Source: Thioalkalivibrio sp. (GTDB taxonomy: Bacteria > Pseudomonadota > Gammaproteobacteria > Ectothiorhodospirales > Ectothiorhodospiraceae). Taken from it: a stretch of DNA of 56,420 bases. Shown one piece after another: positions 55,461 through 56,420 of the stretch. Position 1 is the first letter of the stretch, and each line of letters begins with the position of its first letter. The stretch lies in the NCBI GenBank assembly GCA_046260855.1, contig JBHEOJ010000001.1:360-56779 (forward strand), written 5' to 3'. The translations under genes and the position numbers were made by a program. Below the pieces are notes generated by a model, which saw nothing but the letters and a program-made list of their open reading frames with translations, made no database searches and was not told the DNA's origin.

Positions 55461-55477
55461 TGTTACGGATTGTAACA
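55461..55477. promoter_or_regulatory. CbrB-type box upstream of cbrX-cbrA
   Basis: TGTTAC-GGATT-GTAACA, same N5 geometry as at 50231. Confidence 0.65.
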
Positions 55478-55483
55478 ACCCCA

Positions 55484-55637
55484 AAGTAAGAAGTGGGAAT
55501 TAGGAAGTGGGAATTGAAGTGTGAAGTGGGAATTGCGCTGTGAGAGGTGCCACCGAGTGCGTTGACTCCCTCTCCCTCAGGGAAAGGGTTGGGGTGAGGG
55601 TGGTTTTTGTTTTGATTTTATTCGCACTTCCCAATTC
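55484..55637. repeat. Heptamer arrays (AAGTGGG/AATTAGG) in inverted arrangement enclosing a CCCTCTCCC...GGGGTGAGGG element
   Basis: aagtaag aagtggg aattagg aagtggg ... (55484-537), opposite arm ttcgcacttcccaattc (55621-637), inner palindrome 55567-55600. Confidence 0.7.
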
Positions 55638-56355
55638 ACCCTTCGGCCTTCAAAAGCGCCCATCGCAGGAGTTCCTCCGGCGTGTCGAAATCGGCCGAAC
55701 CGGACCCCCGCTCCCCCAAAAACTCCAGGGCGCTGATGAGTGTCGGCACGGGGTCTGCATCGTCCACCGGCGGGGCGTGGGTCTGCTTGGAGAGCTTCTC
55801 TCCCTGGGGGGTGAGTACCAGGTGGTGGTGCAGGTAGGCGGGGGTGGGCAGGCCCAGGCGGCGCTGGAGCAGGATCTGGCGGGGGGTGGAATCCAGCAGG
55901 TCGGCGCCGCGCACCACGTGGGTGACGCCCTGATAGGCATCGTCCACCACCACTGCCAGCTGATAGGCGTAGTAGCCGTCGGCGCGGCGAATGACGAAAT
56001 CCCCCACCTCCCGGGCCACGTCCTGGCGTATGGCCCCCTGCAGGCGATCGGTGAACTCGATGGGATCCCCCTCGCTGCGCAGCCGCACTGCCCGGGGGGA
56101 CTTGCCCGGGGGCAGGCCGTTGCGGCAGGTGCCGGGGTAGACGGGGCCGTCCAGGCCGGGTTTGCCCGCCTCGGCCACCTCGCGCCGTGTACAGCCGCAG
56201 TCGTAGGCGAGCCCCGCGGCGCGCAATTGCTCCAGGGCAGCTTCGTAGGCCGCCTGCCGCGTACTCTGGTAGAGCACCGGCCCGTCCCAGGTCAGGCCGA
56301 AGGCCTTCAGGGTGCGCAGGATGGCATCCGCCGCCCCCGGCACCTCCCGGGGCAC
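55636..56355 (-). CDS. gluQ: Glutamyl-Q tRNA(Asp) synthetase, 5'-truncated
   Basis: PREVPGAA..IL, YQS.R, C.CTRRE, YPGTCR, GDFVIRRADG, YQLAVVVDD, VRGADLL, KLSKQ. Confidence 0.9.
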   Translation of the reverse strand: MPREVPGAADAILRTLKAFGLTWDGPVLYQSTRQAAYEAALEQLRAAGLAYDCGCTRREVAEAGKPGLDGPVYPGTCRNGLPPGKSPRAVRLRSEGDPIEFTDRLQGAIRQDVAREVGDFVIRRADGYYAYQLAVVVDDAYQGVTHVVRGADLLDSTPRQILLQRRLGLPTPAYLHHHLVLTPQGEKLSKQTHAPPVDDADPVPTLISALEFLGERGSGSADFDTPEELLRWALLKAEG

Positions 56356-56420
56356 CCGCGGTACCCGCTCGGGGGCCTCAAGCGTAATGTGCGCGATCGG
56401 GCCGGTGATCGTGTCCACGA

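Overview
GC-rich gammaproteobacterial chromosome segment (Chromatiales/Ectothiorhodospiraceae-like by gene order; this is inference). 1-27.7 kb is core housekeeping: folP 3' end (frameshifted), glmM, tpiA, secG, tRNA-Leu(GAG), a complete 14-gene nuoA-N operon, initiator tRNA-Met, rimP-nusA-infB-rbfA-truB-rpsO-pnp. 28.4-41.7 kb holds a YheT-like hydrolase, a PmtA-like methyltransferase, two orphan ORFs and an expanded circularly permuted ATP-grasp / alpha-E / transglutaminase / amidoligase / Anbu cluster. 41.8-56.4 kb is an acetate-type locus (acs, ActP-like symporter plus small subunit, DEDDh exonuclease, cNMP-CBS-nucleotidyltransferase) joined to cbrB-cbrA-cbrX-gluQ. The most notable observation is a complete sigma54 promoter (CbrB-type TGTTAC-N5-GTAAC boxes, IHF site, -24/-12) directly in front of the nucleotidyltransferase-exonuclease-transporter genes, with the same box upstream of a cbrX-like peptide gene missing from the ORF track. 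This suggests a CbrXAB system wired to a putative nucleotidylation switch and carboxylate uptake, with no CrcZ-like sRNA recognisable at the usual position. Many intergenic spacers contain several stacked families of palindromic and 7-/9-bp periodic repeats. No CRISPR array, rRNA, integrase or transposase was seen.
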